Numbered from the stretch's first letter, positions 9,190 through 20,059 are shown. The stretch is DNA of 64,000 bases from Patescibacteria group bacterium (GCA_004322365.1 SCTS01000006.1:70201-134200), one strand, 5' to 3'. The notes: a model not told the origin generated them from the sequence alone. Numbers and translations: made by a program.

Positions 9190-9543
9190 CTACCGCCCCC
9201 TACTAATGGTTGGGATTTGGAGGGTTCCAGAACCAACCCCAAAGGTAGCCTGGAGCATATTAATGATGCCAAAGATAGAAAGCATCACGAATAGAGCAAC
9301 AATACCCCATATCATCATGGGTATACCTTTTTTCCGCTTTTCATCATTAGACGAGCCAAAAACATACATAGCTAAACCCCAAAAGAAGAGGAGGAGCGCG
9401 AGCATTACTACAAGCGTTGTTGCCAACTGAAGCGGAAGGTTGAGGTTACGCAACACATCTTGAATGGTACTTGCAGCTGCAAATGTTGAAACTGGTATGA
9501 ATGCCACCGCGCTAACAAAAGTCATTCCGATTATTTTTTTCAT
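9190..9543 (-). CDS. VirB2/TrbC-like pilin family protein (paralog 3)
   Basis: Signal peptide PVSTFAA; core nearly identical to paralog 4. Confidence 0.7.
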   Translation of the reverse strand: MKKIIGMTFVSAVAFIPVSTFAAASTIQDVLRNLNLPLQLATTLVVMLALLLFFWGLAMYVFGSSNDEKRKKGIPMMIWGIVALFVMLSIFGIINMLQATFGVGSGTLQIPTISRGR

Positions 9544-9561
9544 ATGAAAATATATAATTTT

Positions 9562-10023
9562 TTAAATATCCCGCACTGGATTAGCTCCAGAAGAAGGTAG
9601 GGTTCGTATTTCTCCTCTTGGGTCTATATTTGGGTTAATTGGTGAGCGTGGAGTAGTTGGAGAAGTGCCTGGTGCTGGGGTACCAAGCGTCCCGCCTGGA
9701 GTACCACTTGAACCCGTAGGTAGGCCACCTAGTAACCCAGGTGAAGCTGGTGAAGGACTAGAGCTAGAAGGTGCAAATGTTGAACTACTTGAGCCAAGAA
9801 GCGTGTTGCTAATTATATTGACGATTCCACCCAAAGAAAATATTACAGCGAGCGCAACGATGCTCCATATAAGGCGAGGGAGCGCCTGTTTTCTTTTTTC
9901 TGCGTTGTCAGCGTCAAAAATAATTTTGTAAGCATTCCAATAAAAAATCAAAAACACGAGAACCCACGGAACCGCTATCGTCACAACATCCGTCATGGTG
10001 TTAATAATCGATGTCAGTGTCAT
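9562..10023 (-). CDS. Pilin-like protein with Pro/Ser/Gly/Thr-rich tail (paralog 2)
   Basis: NAEKRKQA..LIWSIVAL core followed by a low-complexity C-terminus. Confidence 0.6.
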   Translation of the reverse strand: MTLTSIINTMTDVVTIAVPWVLVFLIFYWNAYKIIFDADNAEKRKQALPRLIWSIVALAVIFSLGGIVNIISNTLLGSSSSTFAPSSSSPSPASPGLLGGLPTGSSGTPGGTLGTPAPGTSPTTPRSPINPNIDPRGEIRTLPSSGANPVRDI

Positions 10024-10031
10024 AAATATTT

Positions 10032-10400
10032 TTACAAGCCAGCCTGAATATCATTAACAGTTGCCTGTATTGCAAGTGCAAGTGCTTGAGCTCCAAGTAC
10101 CACTAAAGAGCCAACAATTGCCCAGAAAAAGAGGCTTCTAACTTTTGCAATCTCTTCAGGTTTTCCTTCGGCGGTAACAAATTTAAATCCTATGAATACA
10201 ATGAAAAGCACAATCACAGGAAAACCAATTTGAGTAATTAACTGAAGCATTCGCTGTAAAAATTCCCACAACGAGTTGTATCCAAGGGGATTACAAAGAC
10301 CGCCTGCGGTCGCACTATCGCAACCAGATGCAAGCACCACAAAAGGCAGCGCTAACGATAGCGAAAACGGAAGGGCTCGTGCAAATATTTTTTTCATCAT
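10032..10400 (-). CDS. VirB2/TrbC-like pilin family protein (paralog 1)
   Basis: Signal peptide LPFVVLA, LCNPL, GFKFVTAEGKPEEIAK..FFWAIVG. Confidence 0.7.
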   Translation of the reverse strand: MMKKIFARALPFSLSLALPFVVLASGCDSATAGGLCNPLGYNSLWEFLQRMLQLITQIGFPVIVLFIVFIGFKFVTAEGKPEEIAKVRSLFFWAIVGSLVVLGAQALALAIQATVNDIQAGL

Positions 10401-10456
10401 GTCGATTTCTTTATATTCTTATCTTTTCCTAAACACTATACCTCACAGACTAATGC

Positions 10457-11746
10457 CTACCTCAAAAGTGCCTGCAATTCGCTATGTGCTCCCTGTGATG
10501 CCTCCGTTACCCGAAGCTTTCCAGAGGACACACTTTCCATCATCCTTTTAAAAATTGCGTCCGTTGCTGATGGGTCGGGATCAAGAAACGAGAATGAAAG
10601 CACTGCGGCATTTTGAAACATTGCACCGTATGGATCATTTGGATTATTTGACACTGCGTCTCTTCGAACTGAAGGAAGTGAGATAAGCGATAAGAGCGCT
10701 TGCTGGGAGTTTGTAGTGGTAAGTGCGAGCGCAACTGCAAGTGCTCCTCCAGTATTGCGACTTCCTCGGGGAATCGAGAGCGCCGTCACCTCGGCTGAAA
10801 CTCCTGCCCCGCCACCTCGAACTGATGGGACTGGTGCCACATCAAAGTTTAAATTTGGATTTGCCTGACGCATCCCCAAGAGCTCACTCACGGAACCAAA
10901 ATACATAGCCACCCCTCCTGCAAGAAATGCATTTCGTGATTCTGGTGCTGAGCGATTCCATGAATACACGGGTTTTACTGGATCAGAAAAATCAGTATAA
11001 AAACGAACAGCGGAATTTACAGGTGTAAGGGCACCGCTCTCCACAGCTCCTTCTGAAATCATAGATACATATGCCCCTTCGCTATTTCTTCCAACGACAG
11101 GGTTTCCAAGTTGATGAGCGAGTGTAAGGAAAATAGCCTTTGCGTGAAAGATGTTATCCCACGCACCAAGTGCAACGGAATTTTGAGTCAATGTTCCATT
11201 TTCTTGTGTTTTTGTAAGACGCGGAGCTATGTCAGAAAGTTCGTCCCAAAACTTTGGTGGCTGTGCAAGACCTGCATTTGCAAACAATGTACGATTCCAA
11301 TACATCACTAAAGGATCAACAGTAAATGGAATTCCTTTTATGCCATCATTGGCCAAAAACACCTCACCTGCCTGAATGAAGGTGTTCTGAAATTCACGAC
11401 GACTCACATTGCTATAGGGAATAGATGTCAGTTTGTCGCCTTGAGAGAGTAGATATTCAGCAGGAAAAATAACCAAGTCAGGGCCTCTGCCTGCAGCAAT
11501 GGCTTCAACAAGATTTGGAATAAGTTCGGCCTCAGGAACAAATGTATAGGTAACACCATCGTAAACACTGTTCCCTTCCTGCAAACCACCCATTACTGCT
11601 TCAAAAGTAGAGAGAGGAAGCGAGCCCCACACAGACACTTTGCCAACGCTATTTTTATTTAGTGCACTGAATGTTGAAAAAATGATAACTGCGCCAATGG
11701 CGAGCGCAAGAAAAATACCGACGACGATTACATTAAAAAGCTTCAT
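10457..11746 (-). CDS. Extracellular solute-binding protein (sugar ABC type)
   Basis: N-terminal anchor, AAGRGPDL, IPFTVDPLVMYWNRTLF, PPKFWDE, FDVAPVP. Confidence 0.85.
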   Translation of the reverse strand: MKLFNVIVVGIFLALAIGAVIIFSTFSALNKNSVGKVSVWGSLPLSTFEAVMGGLQEGNSVYDGVTYTFVPEAELIPNLVEAIAAGRGPDLVIFPAEYLLSQGDKLTSIPYSNVSRREFQNTFIQAGEVFLANDGIKGIPFTVDPLVMYWNRTLFANAGLAQPPKFWDELSDIAPRLTKTQENGTLTQNSVALGAWDNIFHAKAIFLTLAHQLGNPVVGRNSEGAYVSMISEGAVESGALTPVNSAVRFYTDFSDPVKPVYSWNRSAPESRNAFLAGGVAMYFGSVSELLGMRQANPNLNFDVAPVPSVRGGGAGVSAEVTALSIPRGSRNTGGALAVALALTTTNSQQALLSLISLPSVRRDAVSNNPNDPYGAMFQNAAVLSFSFLDPDPSATDAIFKRMMESVSSGKLRVTEASQGAHSELQALLR

Positions 11747-11798
11747 AGTGTCAGTATACCGCCTCTCATGCTTCTAATCTGCATAGATTTCCAGAGAA

Positions 11799-12317
11799 TT
11801 ACTTTAACGTCGCAAGAAATGCGAAATGATGTGTTCCTGCAGGAAGCATATCTCCAGTTTCAAAACCTGCTTGTCTGAAAAGACGAACCGCCTCCCCTGG
11901 GGCTAGCACAGCCTCAGATGAAGGTCCCATATTTTTAAATGAGGAGATCCAATCCACAACAAGTGCCGTGCCTCCGGGGCGTACCACACGCGCAACCTCC
12001 ATCACAAAACGCTCACGCTCACGAATTTGGTGAAGTATGTTTGCCACCACACCAATATGGAGAAGATTTTCTGCGATAGGTATAGGCTCATTCAAATCCG
12101 ACTGCAATGTATGAAACTCAGCTGGATAGTGTTCCCCTTTCCGACGAATAGCATCGAGTGCTGGACCAAACGCATCAAAAGCATAAATAGTACCCTCTGC
12201 ACCAAGTTTTTCAGCCAACGCAAATGAATAGTGCCCAGCACCTACTCCAAAATCACCCACTTTTGCGTGGGCAGTTATAGGAACATGGGAAAGAATGTCT
12301 TTAGGATTCAGGAACAC
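11799..12317 (-). CDS. Class I SAM-dependent methyltransferase
   Basis: VGDFGVGAG, NILHQ, RVVRPGG..LVVDW. Confidence 0.85.
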   Translation of the reverse strand: MFLNPKDILSHVPITAHAKVGDFGVGAGHYSFALAEKLGAEGTIYAFDAFGPALDAIRRKGEHYPAEFHTLQSDLNEPIPIAENLLHIGVVANILHQIRERERFVMEVARVVRPGGTALVVDWISSFKNMGPSSEAVLAPGEAVRLFRQAGFETGDMLPAGTHHFAFLATLK

Positions 12318-12389
12318 ATTTTCAGTATATAGTCTTTACCTAAAACCAAAAACGTAGATGGGGAGAAAACTGACTTTTGGTTTTGATTT

Positions 12390-12464
12390 CTAAAAGCTTT
12401 CAGCTTTTCTGAAACTCAGAATTCAGAAGCTGGCAGCTGAAAGCTGGAACCTGACAGCTAGAAG
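12390..12464. repeat. Heptamer repeat array (CTGAAAG/CTAGAAG type), partly inverted
   Basis: ctggcag ctgaaag ctggaac ctgacag ctagaag at the gyrA 3' end. Confidence 0.8.
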
Positions 12465-14933
12465 TTAAAAGGCCGTAAATGCTGCAATCTTGTCACCGTC
12501 ACGAAGCTTCATAATGCGCACCCCTTGAGTGGCGCGCGAGAGTGTTGGTACCTGTGAAAGCTCAGTTCGAATCACCTGTCCGTTTTTTGATGCAACGATT
12601 ATTTCAGACATTTCTGGGGTAACAACGCGCGCCGCAATAATCGAACCAGTTTTTGGAGTCACTTTACCAGTCTTAATGCCCGAACCACCGCGTTTTTGTA
12701 TTTTGTATTCCTTTGCAGGTGTTCGCTTGCCGTATCCCATATCAGCGAGAACCAAAACCTCACTCTCTTTTTCATTCTTTATAACATCTGCTGCAATTAT
12801 TTTATCCTTACTTCCAAACTTCATACCACGCACTCCGCCAGCCGTTCGCCCCATTTCACGGATATCAGATTCCTTAAAGCGAATCGCCTGACCTCCTGCC
12901 GTTACCAAAATGACACTCTCACCCTTTTCAACAGGGAGAACGGCAATTAGGCTATCCCCTGCCTGCAATGACATCGCAATAATGCCTGAACGACGCACAT
13001 CTTCAAATTGATCTGCTTTCACTTTCTTTGCAACTCCCTTCTCGGTAATGAGCATGAAGGAAGATGTTGCTGACTTCTTAGTCAATGCAACGATTGATGT
13101 AATGCGCTCTTCCGCAGAAAGCGGGAGTACATTCATAATTGACTTACCTTTTGTGGCTCGCCTTCCTTCCGGTACTTCGTACATGCGTGTTCGGTATACT
13201 TTCCCGCGATCAGAGAAAAAGAGCACCGAATCATGAGTAGAGCCTTCCAAGAACCGCGTCACAAAATCTTCTTCTTTTGTATTCAAATCAATAACTCCCA
13301 CGCCACCACGATTTTGCTTCTTATACTCGCTTGGGCTGGTGCGCTTCACATATCCAGTAGAAGTAAGTGTGAGCATCGCAGCTTCGTCAGGAATTAAATC
13401 TTCGTCTGACATATTTTTAATACCACCCTTCACAATTTTGGTGCGTCTTTCATCTGCGTACTTCTCGCGAAGCGCCAAGAGTTCAGCCTTCACCACTTTC
13501 ATTATTTTCTTTGTTGAAGAAAGTATTTCTTCCAATTCCTTAATGAGTGCCTGTATTTCTTTCAACTCGTCTTCAATTTTTTTACGCTCCAAACCGGCGA
13601 GCTTTTGTAAGCGCATTTCAAGAATGGCTGTAGCTTGGCGCTCAGAGAACTTAAATTTCTTTTGAAGATCACTGTGGGCACTCTGAACATCTTTTGCTGC
13701 CTTAATAACCTTGATGATTTCATCAATGTGATCAAGTGCTTTTTTAAGTCCAAGCAAAATATGCTCTCTCTCTTGTGCGCGTCTCAAATCAAATTCAGTG
13801 CGTCGCTTTACAACAACCTTTCTGTGTTCAATGAAATACGAAAGGATTGCAGAAAGTGAGAGTGTTTCAGGTACACCGTCCACCAAAAGCACCATGTTGT
13901 AGTGAAATGCGTCTTCAAGTTGCGTGTGCTTATAGAGGTAGTTCAACACCTGCTGTGGTTGAGCATTATTCTTCAACTCCACCACAACACGAATATCAGT
14001 GGTTGATTCGTCACGAAGATCTCTCACGCCTTCAAGTTTTTTATCACGCACTAAGTCCGCAATATTTATGATGAGGTCGGCTTTGTTTACACGGTACGGA
14101 ATAGAGGTAATAAGGATGATGTTGTTTCCTTTTTTATCTTCAGTGATTTCTGCATTTCCTCGAACCACCACGGGCCCGCGCCCCGTTGCATACGCATGGG
14201 CAATATCTTTTGAATTAAACGCAATACCTCCAATTGGAAAATCAGGCCCTTGAACAAATTGCAAAAGTTCATCAACGGTTGCATCAGGATTATCAATAAG
14301 ATGCACCGTGGCATCTACCACTTCACCTAAGTTATGCGGTGGCACATTGGTTGCCATACCCACAGCAATACCAAGGGTTCCATTCAAAAGAATATTAGGA
14401 ACTCCTGCAGGAAGAACATTAGGCTCCTTCTGAGTACCGTCGTAGTTGGGACGCCATTCAACAGTATCTTTATCCAAGTCCGAAAGAAGATCAGCGGAGA
14501 GTTTTGACATCTTTGCTTCGGTGTAACGCATAGCAGCAGCTGAGTCGCCATCGATTGAACCAAAGTTTCCTTGTCCAATAATCAAGGGATACCGCATGGT
14601 GAAATTTTGCGCCATCTTGACCATTGCTTCATAGACAGCAGTGTCGCCGTGCGGATGGTATTTACCCAAAACATCTCCAACTACCGCAGCCGATTTTCGA
14701 GGTTTTGAAGTAGCAGTGAGGCCCATACGATGCATGGTGTAGAGGATGCGACGATGTACTGGCTTCAAACCATCACGCACATCAGGCAAAGCACGCGCAG
14801 TAATAACGGACATTGCGTAGTCGAGGTACGACTCGCGCATTTCAGTAACAATTGAATGCGAAATGACACGAAGGCCCATGTCGGCCTCCGGAGTACTATC
14901 TTCAGGTGCTGTTTGCACTTTCTTTCGAGCCAT
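12465..14933 (-). CDS. gyrA: DNA gyrase subunit A
   Basis: [29 protein letters not shown] catalytic Tyr, GyrA-box-like QNRGGVG, pinwheel repeats. Confidence 0.97.
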   Translation of the reverse strand: MARKKVQTAPEDSTPEADMGLRVISHSIVTEMRESYLDYAMSVITARALPDVRDGLKPVHRRILYTMHRMGLTATSKPRKSAAVVGDVLGKYHPHGDTAVYEAMVKMAQNFTMRYPLIIGQGNFGSIDGDSAAAMRYTEAKMSKLSADLLSDLDKDTVEWRPNYDGTQKEPNVLPAGVPNILLNGTLGIAVGMATNVPPHNLGEVVDATVHLIDNPDATVDELLQFVQGPDFPIGGIAFNSKDIAHAYATGRGPVVVRGNAEITEDKKGNNIILITSIPYRVNKADLIINIADLVRDKKLEGVRDLRDESTTDIRVVVELKNNAQPQQVLNYLYKHTQLEDAFHYNMVLLVDGVPETLSLSAILSYFIEHRKVVVKRRTEFDLRRAQEREHILLGLKKALDHIDEIIKVIKAAKDVQSAHSDLQKKFKFSERQATAILEMRLQKLAGLERKKIEDELKEIQALIKELEEILSSTKKIMKVVKAELLALREKYADERRTKIVKGGIKNMSDEDLIPDEAAMLTLTSTGYVKRTSPSEYKKQNRGGVGVIDLNTKEEDFVTRFLEGSTHDSVLFFSDRGKVYRTRMYEVPEGRRATKGKSIMNVLPLSAEERITSIVALTKKSATSSFMLITEKGVAKKVKADQFEDVRRSGIIAMSLQAGDSLIAVLPVEKGESVILVTAGGQAIRFKESDIREMGRTAGGVRGMKFGSKDKIIAADVIKNEKESEVLVLADMGYGKRTPAKEYKIQKRGGSGIKTGKVTPKTGSIIAARVVTPEMSEIIVASKNGQVIRTELSQVPTLSRATQGVRIMKLRDGDKIAAFTAF

Positions 14934-14993
14934 ATTCTTCTTAAATTATAGCACTGAGGTGCGGTAAAAACCACTTATGCATTATTGAAAAAA

Positions 14994-15209
14994 CTATTCA
15001 GAAAATGGTGCCTGAAGGTTAACCTGAGAAACCTCAGAAGTTGCACTGGATGTAGGTGCCTTATAAAAATCAGTAGATAAAACAGAAAACAGAAATAGTA
15101 CAAACCAGACGAGAGTAATGAGCCCGACAATAACCACGCTAATTAATGCCGTAAACTTTTCACGAGTATGGTGTGGAGCTCGTCGTAGTTTTTCAAAAGC
15201 TTTGAACAT
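14994..15209 (-). CDS. Small single-TM hypothetical protein
   Basis: 71 aa ORF with one TM helix, co-oriented with neighbours. Confidence 0.55.
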   Translation of the reverse strand: MFKAFEKLRRAPHHTREKFTALISVVIVGLITLVWFVLFLFSVLSTDFYKAPTSSATSEVSQVNLQAPFSE

Positions 15210-15237
15210 ACTCGGAGTACTTAGGTGGACAAAAAAC

Positions 15238-15861
15238 TTAGGACAGAAGCACTACTACCCCATCCATAGCGGCAAGTTCTTTTGCACGCACGGTAAGTTT
15301 GTCAATTGGTTTTGTGTCAGCAACACCTTCTGCTTTCAAGAAAACTTTCAAGGCATCATCCTTGCCGATAGCATAAGGAATAATTACTTTGGTTTCAATG
15401 GTGTTTACCAAGTCATGTGCAACTTTCCCATCGAGAGTATCCTCACCCACTGGCACAAGAACAATGCCAATGTTATCAAGTTCACTTCTCACTTCTGGAG
15501 GTAATTTTGGAGCAGAGAGAGCCCCAAGCGCTAACACTCGGATGCCGTCCATTTCAATTATATAGACAGTGTTGCCAACATCAGACATTACATCACCATA
15601 TGACCCTGGAGTTCCGTAGCCAGTAATAATAATATCTCCAACTTCATACGCACCAGGGCCCGACACCACAAAAGGCTCTTTACCATTATGCGTTGCCTGC
15701 TCTGCCCCATTCCAATCTTCGTGCGGTACGGAAATGACCACAACATCTGAACCGAATTTAGAAACTTTGTGCTTACTCTTGGAGGATGGAGGATTAAGAG
15801 CAAGAGTGGTATCCCCTGAAGAAATCTTAAAACAATATCCGCCTGCTCGTTGAATGATCAT
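15238..15861 (-). CDS. MBL-fold hydrolase-like protein with degenerate metal motif
   Basis: SDVVVISVPHEDWNG, VSGPGAYEVG, LVPVG, VIIPY. Confidence 0.7.
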   Translation of the reverse strand: MIIQRAGGYCFKISSGDTTLALNPPSSKSKHKVSKFGSDVVVISVPHEDWNGAEQATHNGKEPFVVSGPGAYEVGDIIITGYGTPGSYGDVMSDVGNTVYIIEMDGIRVLALGALSAPKLPPEVRSELDNIGIVLVPVGEDTLDGKVAHDLVNTIETKVIIPYAIGKDDALKVFLKAEGVADTKPIDKLTVRAKELAAMDGVVVLLS

Positions 15862-15905
15862 AGTACGCGTGATTGTACCACGCGACAGCTTTCAGATTCC
15901 AGCGC

Positions 15906-16097
15906 TTACTTCACTCCACCTTGGTCCCGTGACATAGGTGGACGAGACATCAGCGTCCACCATAAGGGGCCGAATCGTGTAGCCATCGCAAAATTAAAAA
16001 CTGACTTGAAAAAAATATCGTTCTGTAATGTAACTAGTGAATGTTCAGGTGAACCTGCACTTTCAAATCCTTCATTGCCTTCAGCCATTACATACAT
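15906..16097 (-). CDS. Possible small hypothetical protein
   Basis: 63 aa ATG ORF filling the intergenic gap; no family recognised. Confidence 0.35.
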   Translation of the reverse strand: MYVMAEGNEGFESAGSPEHSLVTLQNDIFFKSVFNFAMATRFGPLWWTLMSRPPMSRDQGGVK

Positions 16098-16192
16098 CGT
16101 ATACCCTTGATTTGTTCTCGGTGGATATATATGGTATAAATTTCCTACAAAGCCCTCGGGCTTTTTATCACTTTGGTTGGTGTTAATCCTTC

Positions 16193-16227
16193 CTAGAACC
16201 TAGCCCCTAGAAGCTAGAACCTAGAAG
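16193..16227 (+). repeat. Heptamer tandem repeat (CTAGAAC/CTAGAAG)
   Basis: Five units in the rpsA leader. Confidence 0.8.
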
Positions 16228-16249
16228 CGCCCAATCGATTACTGATTAA

Positions 16250-17344
16250 ATGTCTAAGAAAAAAGAAATAGTAACGCCTGTGGTGAATGAGCAGATGGAG
16301 AAACTTCTCCTTGAAAGCGTCATTCCACCAGCAGAAGGAGATACGGTCGAAGGACCGGTTATTTTCATTGGTTCAGGAAAAATTTACATAGACCTTCCCC
16401 CATTCGGAACGGGTATCATTTACGGACGCGAATACCTTTCAGCTCGTGATGTGCTTCGCAAGGTTGCTTTGGGCGACACCGTATCTGCAAAGATAGTCGG
16501 GAGTCACAACAAAGAAGGTTACATAGAACTTTCCCTCAAGGAAGCACGTCAGGCAATGATCTGGTCGGATGCTGAAAAAGCAATCGCCACAGGTACCGTG
16601 TTCGAGCTTCCTGTTAAAGATGCAAACAAAGGCGGACTCATTATTGCGTGGCAGAGCATTCAAGGCTTCCTTCCTGCTTCACAGTTGAAGCCTGAGCACT
16701 ACCCACGTGTTGCAAACGGTGAGAAACAGCTCATCTTGGATGAATTGAAGAAATTGATTGGCACAAACATGTCAGTTTCTATCATCACCGCAGATCCTCG
16801 TGAAGGAAAACTTATCTTCTCAGAACGCGGAGGTTCTAAAGAGGCTCGAGGAACGCTTGTTGACCGCTATGCAGTGGGCGATGTTGTAGAAGGAATGGTC
16901 ACTGGGATCGTCGACTTCGGTATCTTCGTGAAAGTTGAGGACGGACTCGAAGGATTGGTCCATATTTCTGAAATTGACTGGGGTCTCGTTGAAGATCCTC
17001 GTGCATTTGCAAAGGTAAACGAGCCAATCAAAGTAAAAATTATCGACATCAAAGACGGCAAGATTTCCCTCTCCTTGAAACAACTTCAGGAAGACCCTTG
17101 GGTTATTGCAGCTGCGAAATACAAGAAAGACGGAGAAGTAAATGCTGCGGTCATTAAGTACAACAAGTACGGTGCACTCGCTTCAATTGAGGAAGGTGTT
17201 GCTGGACTAGTACATGTTTCAGAATTTGCTTCAGAAGCTGAACTTCGCGAAATGTTGGGCCTTGGTAAAACCTACCCATTCACCATCACACTCTTTGAGC
17301 CAAAAGAGCATCGCATGACACTCTCCTTTAAAAAACCAAAATAA
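16250..17344 (+). CDS. rpsA: 30S ribosomal protein S1 (four S1 domains)
   Basis: ANKGGL..GFLPASQL, GIVDFGIFV..GLEGLVHISEI, GVAGLVHVSE. Confidence 0.9.
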   Translation: MSKKKEIVTPVVNEQMEKLLLESVIPPAEGDTVEGPVIFIGSGKIYIDLPPFGTGIIYGREYLSARDVLRKVALGDTVSAKIVGSHNKEGYIELSLKEARQAMIWSDAEKAIATGTVFELPVKDANKGGLIIAWQSIQGFLPASQLKPEHYPRVANGEKQLILDELKKLIGTNMSVSIITADPREGKLIFSERGGSKEARGTLVDRYAVGDVVEGMVTGIVDFGIFVKVEDGLEGLVHISEIDWGLVEDPRAFAKVNEPIKVKIIDIKDGKISLSLKQLQEDPWVIAAAKYKKDGEVNAAVIKYNKYGALASIEEGVAGLVHVSEFASEAELREMLGLGKTYPFTITLFEPKEHRMTLSFKKPK

Positions 17345-17360
17345 GGACGGTAGCAACAAT

Positions 17361-17398
17361 AAAAAATCCACCTCAACAAAATTGAGGTGGATTTTTTT
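17361..17398 (+). terminator. Intrinsic terminator after rpsA
   Basis: aaaaaatccacctcaa-caaaa-ttgaggtggatttttt. Confidence 0.85.
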
Positions 17399-17444
17399 AT
17401 GCTTACTGTGTGGGTGTGTGCCAACAAATAGTGATGAAATCGCT

Positions 17445-17482
17445 GTATAGGATAAAATAACGACCGTTATTTTATCCTATAC
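17445..17482. repeat. Palindrome of the TAACGACCGTTA family, copy 1
   Basis: gtataggataaaataacg-ac-cgttattttatcctatac; related copy at 27065-27100. Confidence 0.8.
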
Positions 17483-17578
17483 CGCCCTAAATCGGTCTAA
17501 ATAAAACGGAGAAAAGAAATTAAGTAGAAGAAAAAATTCACACTCATATATCTTCGGTTTTGCTGAAGAGTGAAAAAA

Positions 17579-18166
17579 CTAATTACACTTGTTCATGCCT
17601 ATTTGATACCCCTCTTCAATAACAGTTGCTATCGACTCCCCTGCCTTTTTCAAAACTTTTGGCATCACCTCCCGTTCTTTTTTTGCAAACTCGCCTAAAA
17701 GAAAATCGAGAACCTTTTTTTCTCCCAAAGGCTTCTTCAATTTTCCAGATGGAGTTGCTGGCGAAACGCCAAAACGCAACCGTGGAAAACCTTTCGTTTT
17801 CACTGCACGAATAATCGATTCGAGTCCATTGTGCCCACCAGAGCTTCTTCCGTAGGAGATCTTAAAAACACCGAACGGAATGTCGAGGTCGTCGTAGACA
17901 ACAAGTAATTCTGATGCGGCTTTTTTTGATTTCACTAATCCCGCGACAGCCTTACCAGAATTATTCATGAAAGTATCAGGAATAACGAGTAGAGCTTTCA
18001 CTTTTCCTACCTTCCCTTCCGCAGTGTGTGCGTTTATTTTTTTATTAAACTCCCAATCAGAAAAATCATACTTCTTCCTAAACCAATCAAGTGCCATACG
18101 CCCCGCATTGTGACGCGTGTGTTCGTATTTTTCTCCAGGATTACCAAGTCCAACGATGATTTTCAT
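17579..18166 (-). CDS. pth: Peptidyl-tRNA hydrolase
   Basis: IVGLGNPG..YEHTRHNAG, TFMNNSG, DDLD, SGGHNGL. Confidence 0.96.
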   Translation of the reverse strand: MKIIVGLGNPGEKYEHTRHNAGRMALDWFRKKYDFSDWEFNKKINAHTAEGKVGKVKALLVIPDTFMNNSGKAVAGLVKSKKAASELLVVYDDLDIPFGVFKISYGRSSGGHNGLESIIRAVKTKGFPRLRFGVSPATPSGKLKKPLGEKKVLDFLLGEFAKKEREVMPKVLKKAGESIATVIEEGYQIGMNKCN

Positions 18167-18171
18167 TGAAG

Positions 18172-18250
18172 CAGGTGTTAGGTTCTAGGTGTTAGGTTCT
18201 AGCTTTTTGAAAATTAAAAGCTAACACCTAGTCCCTAGCACCTAGAACCT
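18172..18250. repeat. Inverted heptamer array
   Basis: (gtgttag/gttctag)n - AT spacer - (ctaacac/ctagtcc/ctagcac/ctagaac). Confidence 0.85.
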
Positions 18251-18347
18251 CTGACAAGTGTATACGAAAAAAATATTTTTGCATAAATAGCATTGGACAA
18301 CGAAAACAACCTTGCGCGCAATAGTAGCGAAGCGTACAATTCTTCTT

Positions 18348-18905
18348 ATGAATGACACGCGACGTGAGATTGTCACAGACACAATCAAGTTCGCACTCAT
18401 CGCACTCCTCATTGTTATCCCTGTTCGTTGGTTCATCGCACAACCCTTTGTTGTACGCGGAGCATCTATGGTGCCTACATTTGAAAACAATGAATATCTT
18501 ATTGTTGACCAGCTTACCTACCACTTTGAAGACCCAAAACGGGGTGATGTCATCATTATGCGATACCCTAAAGACCCAAAAACATTTTTCATCAAGCGCA
18601 TCATAGGCTTACCAAATGAAACAATTGAAACTATAAATAAAAAAATAATCATTCATAGGGCTAACGCGGAGCCGTTCACTATTGATCAATCCTTTATCGA
18701 TCTATCTCGAATGCGTGACGAACACACCACGTACACACTCGGAAACGACGAATATTTCGTCATGGGTGACAATCGCAACGAAAGTTCTGATTCTCGATCG
18801 TGGGGCAACTTGTCGCGCACTGACATCATCGGTCGTCCTGTGGTTAGACTTTTCCCGCCAAACCGAATACATCTATTCCCTGGGTCAGTTTCATTACAAC
18901 AATAA
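18348..18905 (+). CDS. lepB: Signal peptidase I
   Basis: GASMVPT (Ser), FIKRIIGLP (Lys), YFVMGDNRNESSDSR. Confidence 0.96.
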   Translation: MNDTRREIVTDTIKFALIALLIVIPVRWFIAQPFVVRGASMVPTFENNEYLIVDQLTYHFEDPKRGDVIIMRYPKDPKTFFIKRIIGLPNETIETINKKIIIHRANAEPFTIDQSFIDLSRMRDEHTTYTLGNDEYFVMGDNRNESSDSRSWGNLSRTDIIGRPVVRLFPPNRIHLFPGSVSLQQ

Positions 18906-18949
18906 CTTTCCTACCTAGTTCTCTAAACTACTAATCACTAATAACAAAC

Positions 18950-20059
18950 ATGCGATCAATTGAAAAAGGAAAACAAAATGAATCCCTCGAGCAATCAATT
19001 GCACGCATTGCCTATGCATACGGATTCACAACGCAACCCGCAGCAATTCCACGTCGGGCGCTCGTTGCGACAAGTGCAACTACGGATCAAAAAACAACAG
19101 CATCAAGCGCACTCGTTAACCTCGCTCAAAGTGGTAAAGGACCAACACAATCTTGGGGAGTGTCACGCAAAGGTACGGGCACTTTACTTTCATTTGGTAT
19201 CTTTTCAACGCGCCACGCAATTGCACCAGCAATAGTAATAAAAACAGCGCTTTCTATTGTAGATGTTGCGGGATTCACTGACCTTTCTGTACTCGTATCA
19301 TCAGTAGGTGATGCAGAGTCGCGCAAAAGGTTCACTCGCGAGTTAGGAAACTTTTTCAAAAAACATCCCGAAGCAATTCCAGAAGATTTGAAGCAAGTTA
19401 CCCCGCATGATCCAGATTCAGCCTACCGCACCATGATCATGAGAAATGATCCAGGTGCCGAACAAATGCCACGTTCAATCGATTACCTTTCGGAAAATTC
19501 ACGCAAGACAATGCTCTCGACTCTTTCCCTCTTTGAATCAGTAGGTATTGCCTATTCCATACAGTCTCGACTAATTGCAGAACCGGGTATTGAGTCGGAG
19601 CTTTTATTTGCAATTGAAGGAACAAACAAAAAAGGCGAACGGGTGCGTGTTGCAAGTGGTGGTAGGTATGACGAATGTGCAAAACGCGCACGAGGTACCC
19701 AAGCAGAGCCAGCGGTCGCGATAAGCTTGGAAATGCAGGGACGGGTTGATGTTGATTCACTCGACGATGAGCCAGCGTGCTTTATTGTGCACGTTGGAGA
19801 CGCTGCAAAACTTCGCTCTTTCGCATTGCTTGAGGCACTCTGGCGTGCCCAAGTTGCAGTAGGTCAGGCACTGATGTTGGATAGCCTCCGTGATCAAGTG
19901 CAGAAAGGAACAGACTCGGGAAGTAAATATATTGCCATCATTGGACAACGCGAAGCCTTGGATCACACCGCCATCGTGCGCTCAGTCGTCACACAAGCAC
20001 AAATGACACTACCTCTCGAGAAGCTCGCACAGTATGTGAGCCGAGGCCACCGGAGTTAG
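18950..20059 (+). CDS. Divergent histidyl-tRNA synthetase-like protein
   Basis: ASGGRYD motif 3 region and HGTP-type anticodon domain; motifs 1 and 2 not recognisable. Confidence 0.6.
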   Translation: MRSIEKGKQNESLEQSIARIAYAYGFTTQPAAIPRRALVATSATTDQKTTASSALVNLAQSGKGPTQSWGVSRKGTGTLLSFGIFSTRHAIAPAIVIKTALSIVDVAGFTDLSVLVSSVGDAESRKRFTRELGNFFKKHPEAIPEDLKQVTPHDPDSAYRTMIMRNDPGAEQMPRSIDYLSENSRKTMLSTLSLFESVGIAYSIQSRLIAEPGIESELLFAIEGTNKKGERVRVASGGRYDECAKRARGTQAEPAVAISLEMQGRVDVDSLDDEPACFIVHVGDAAKLRSFALLEALWRAQVAVGQALMLDSLRDQVQKGTDSGSKYIAIIGQREALDHTAIVRSVVTQAQMTLPLEKLAQYVSRGHRS

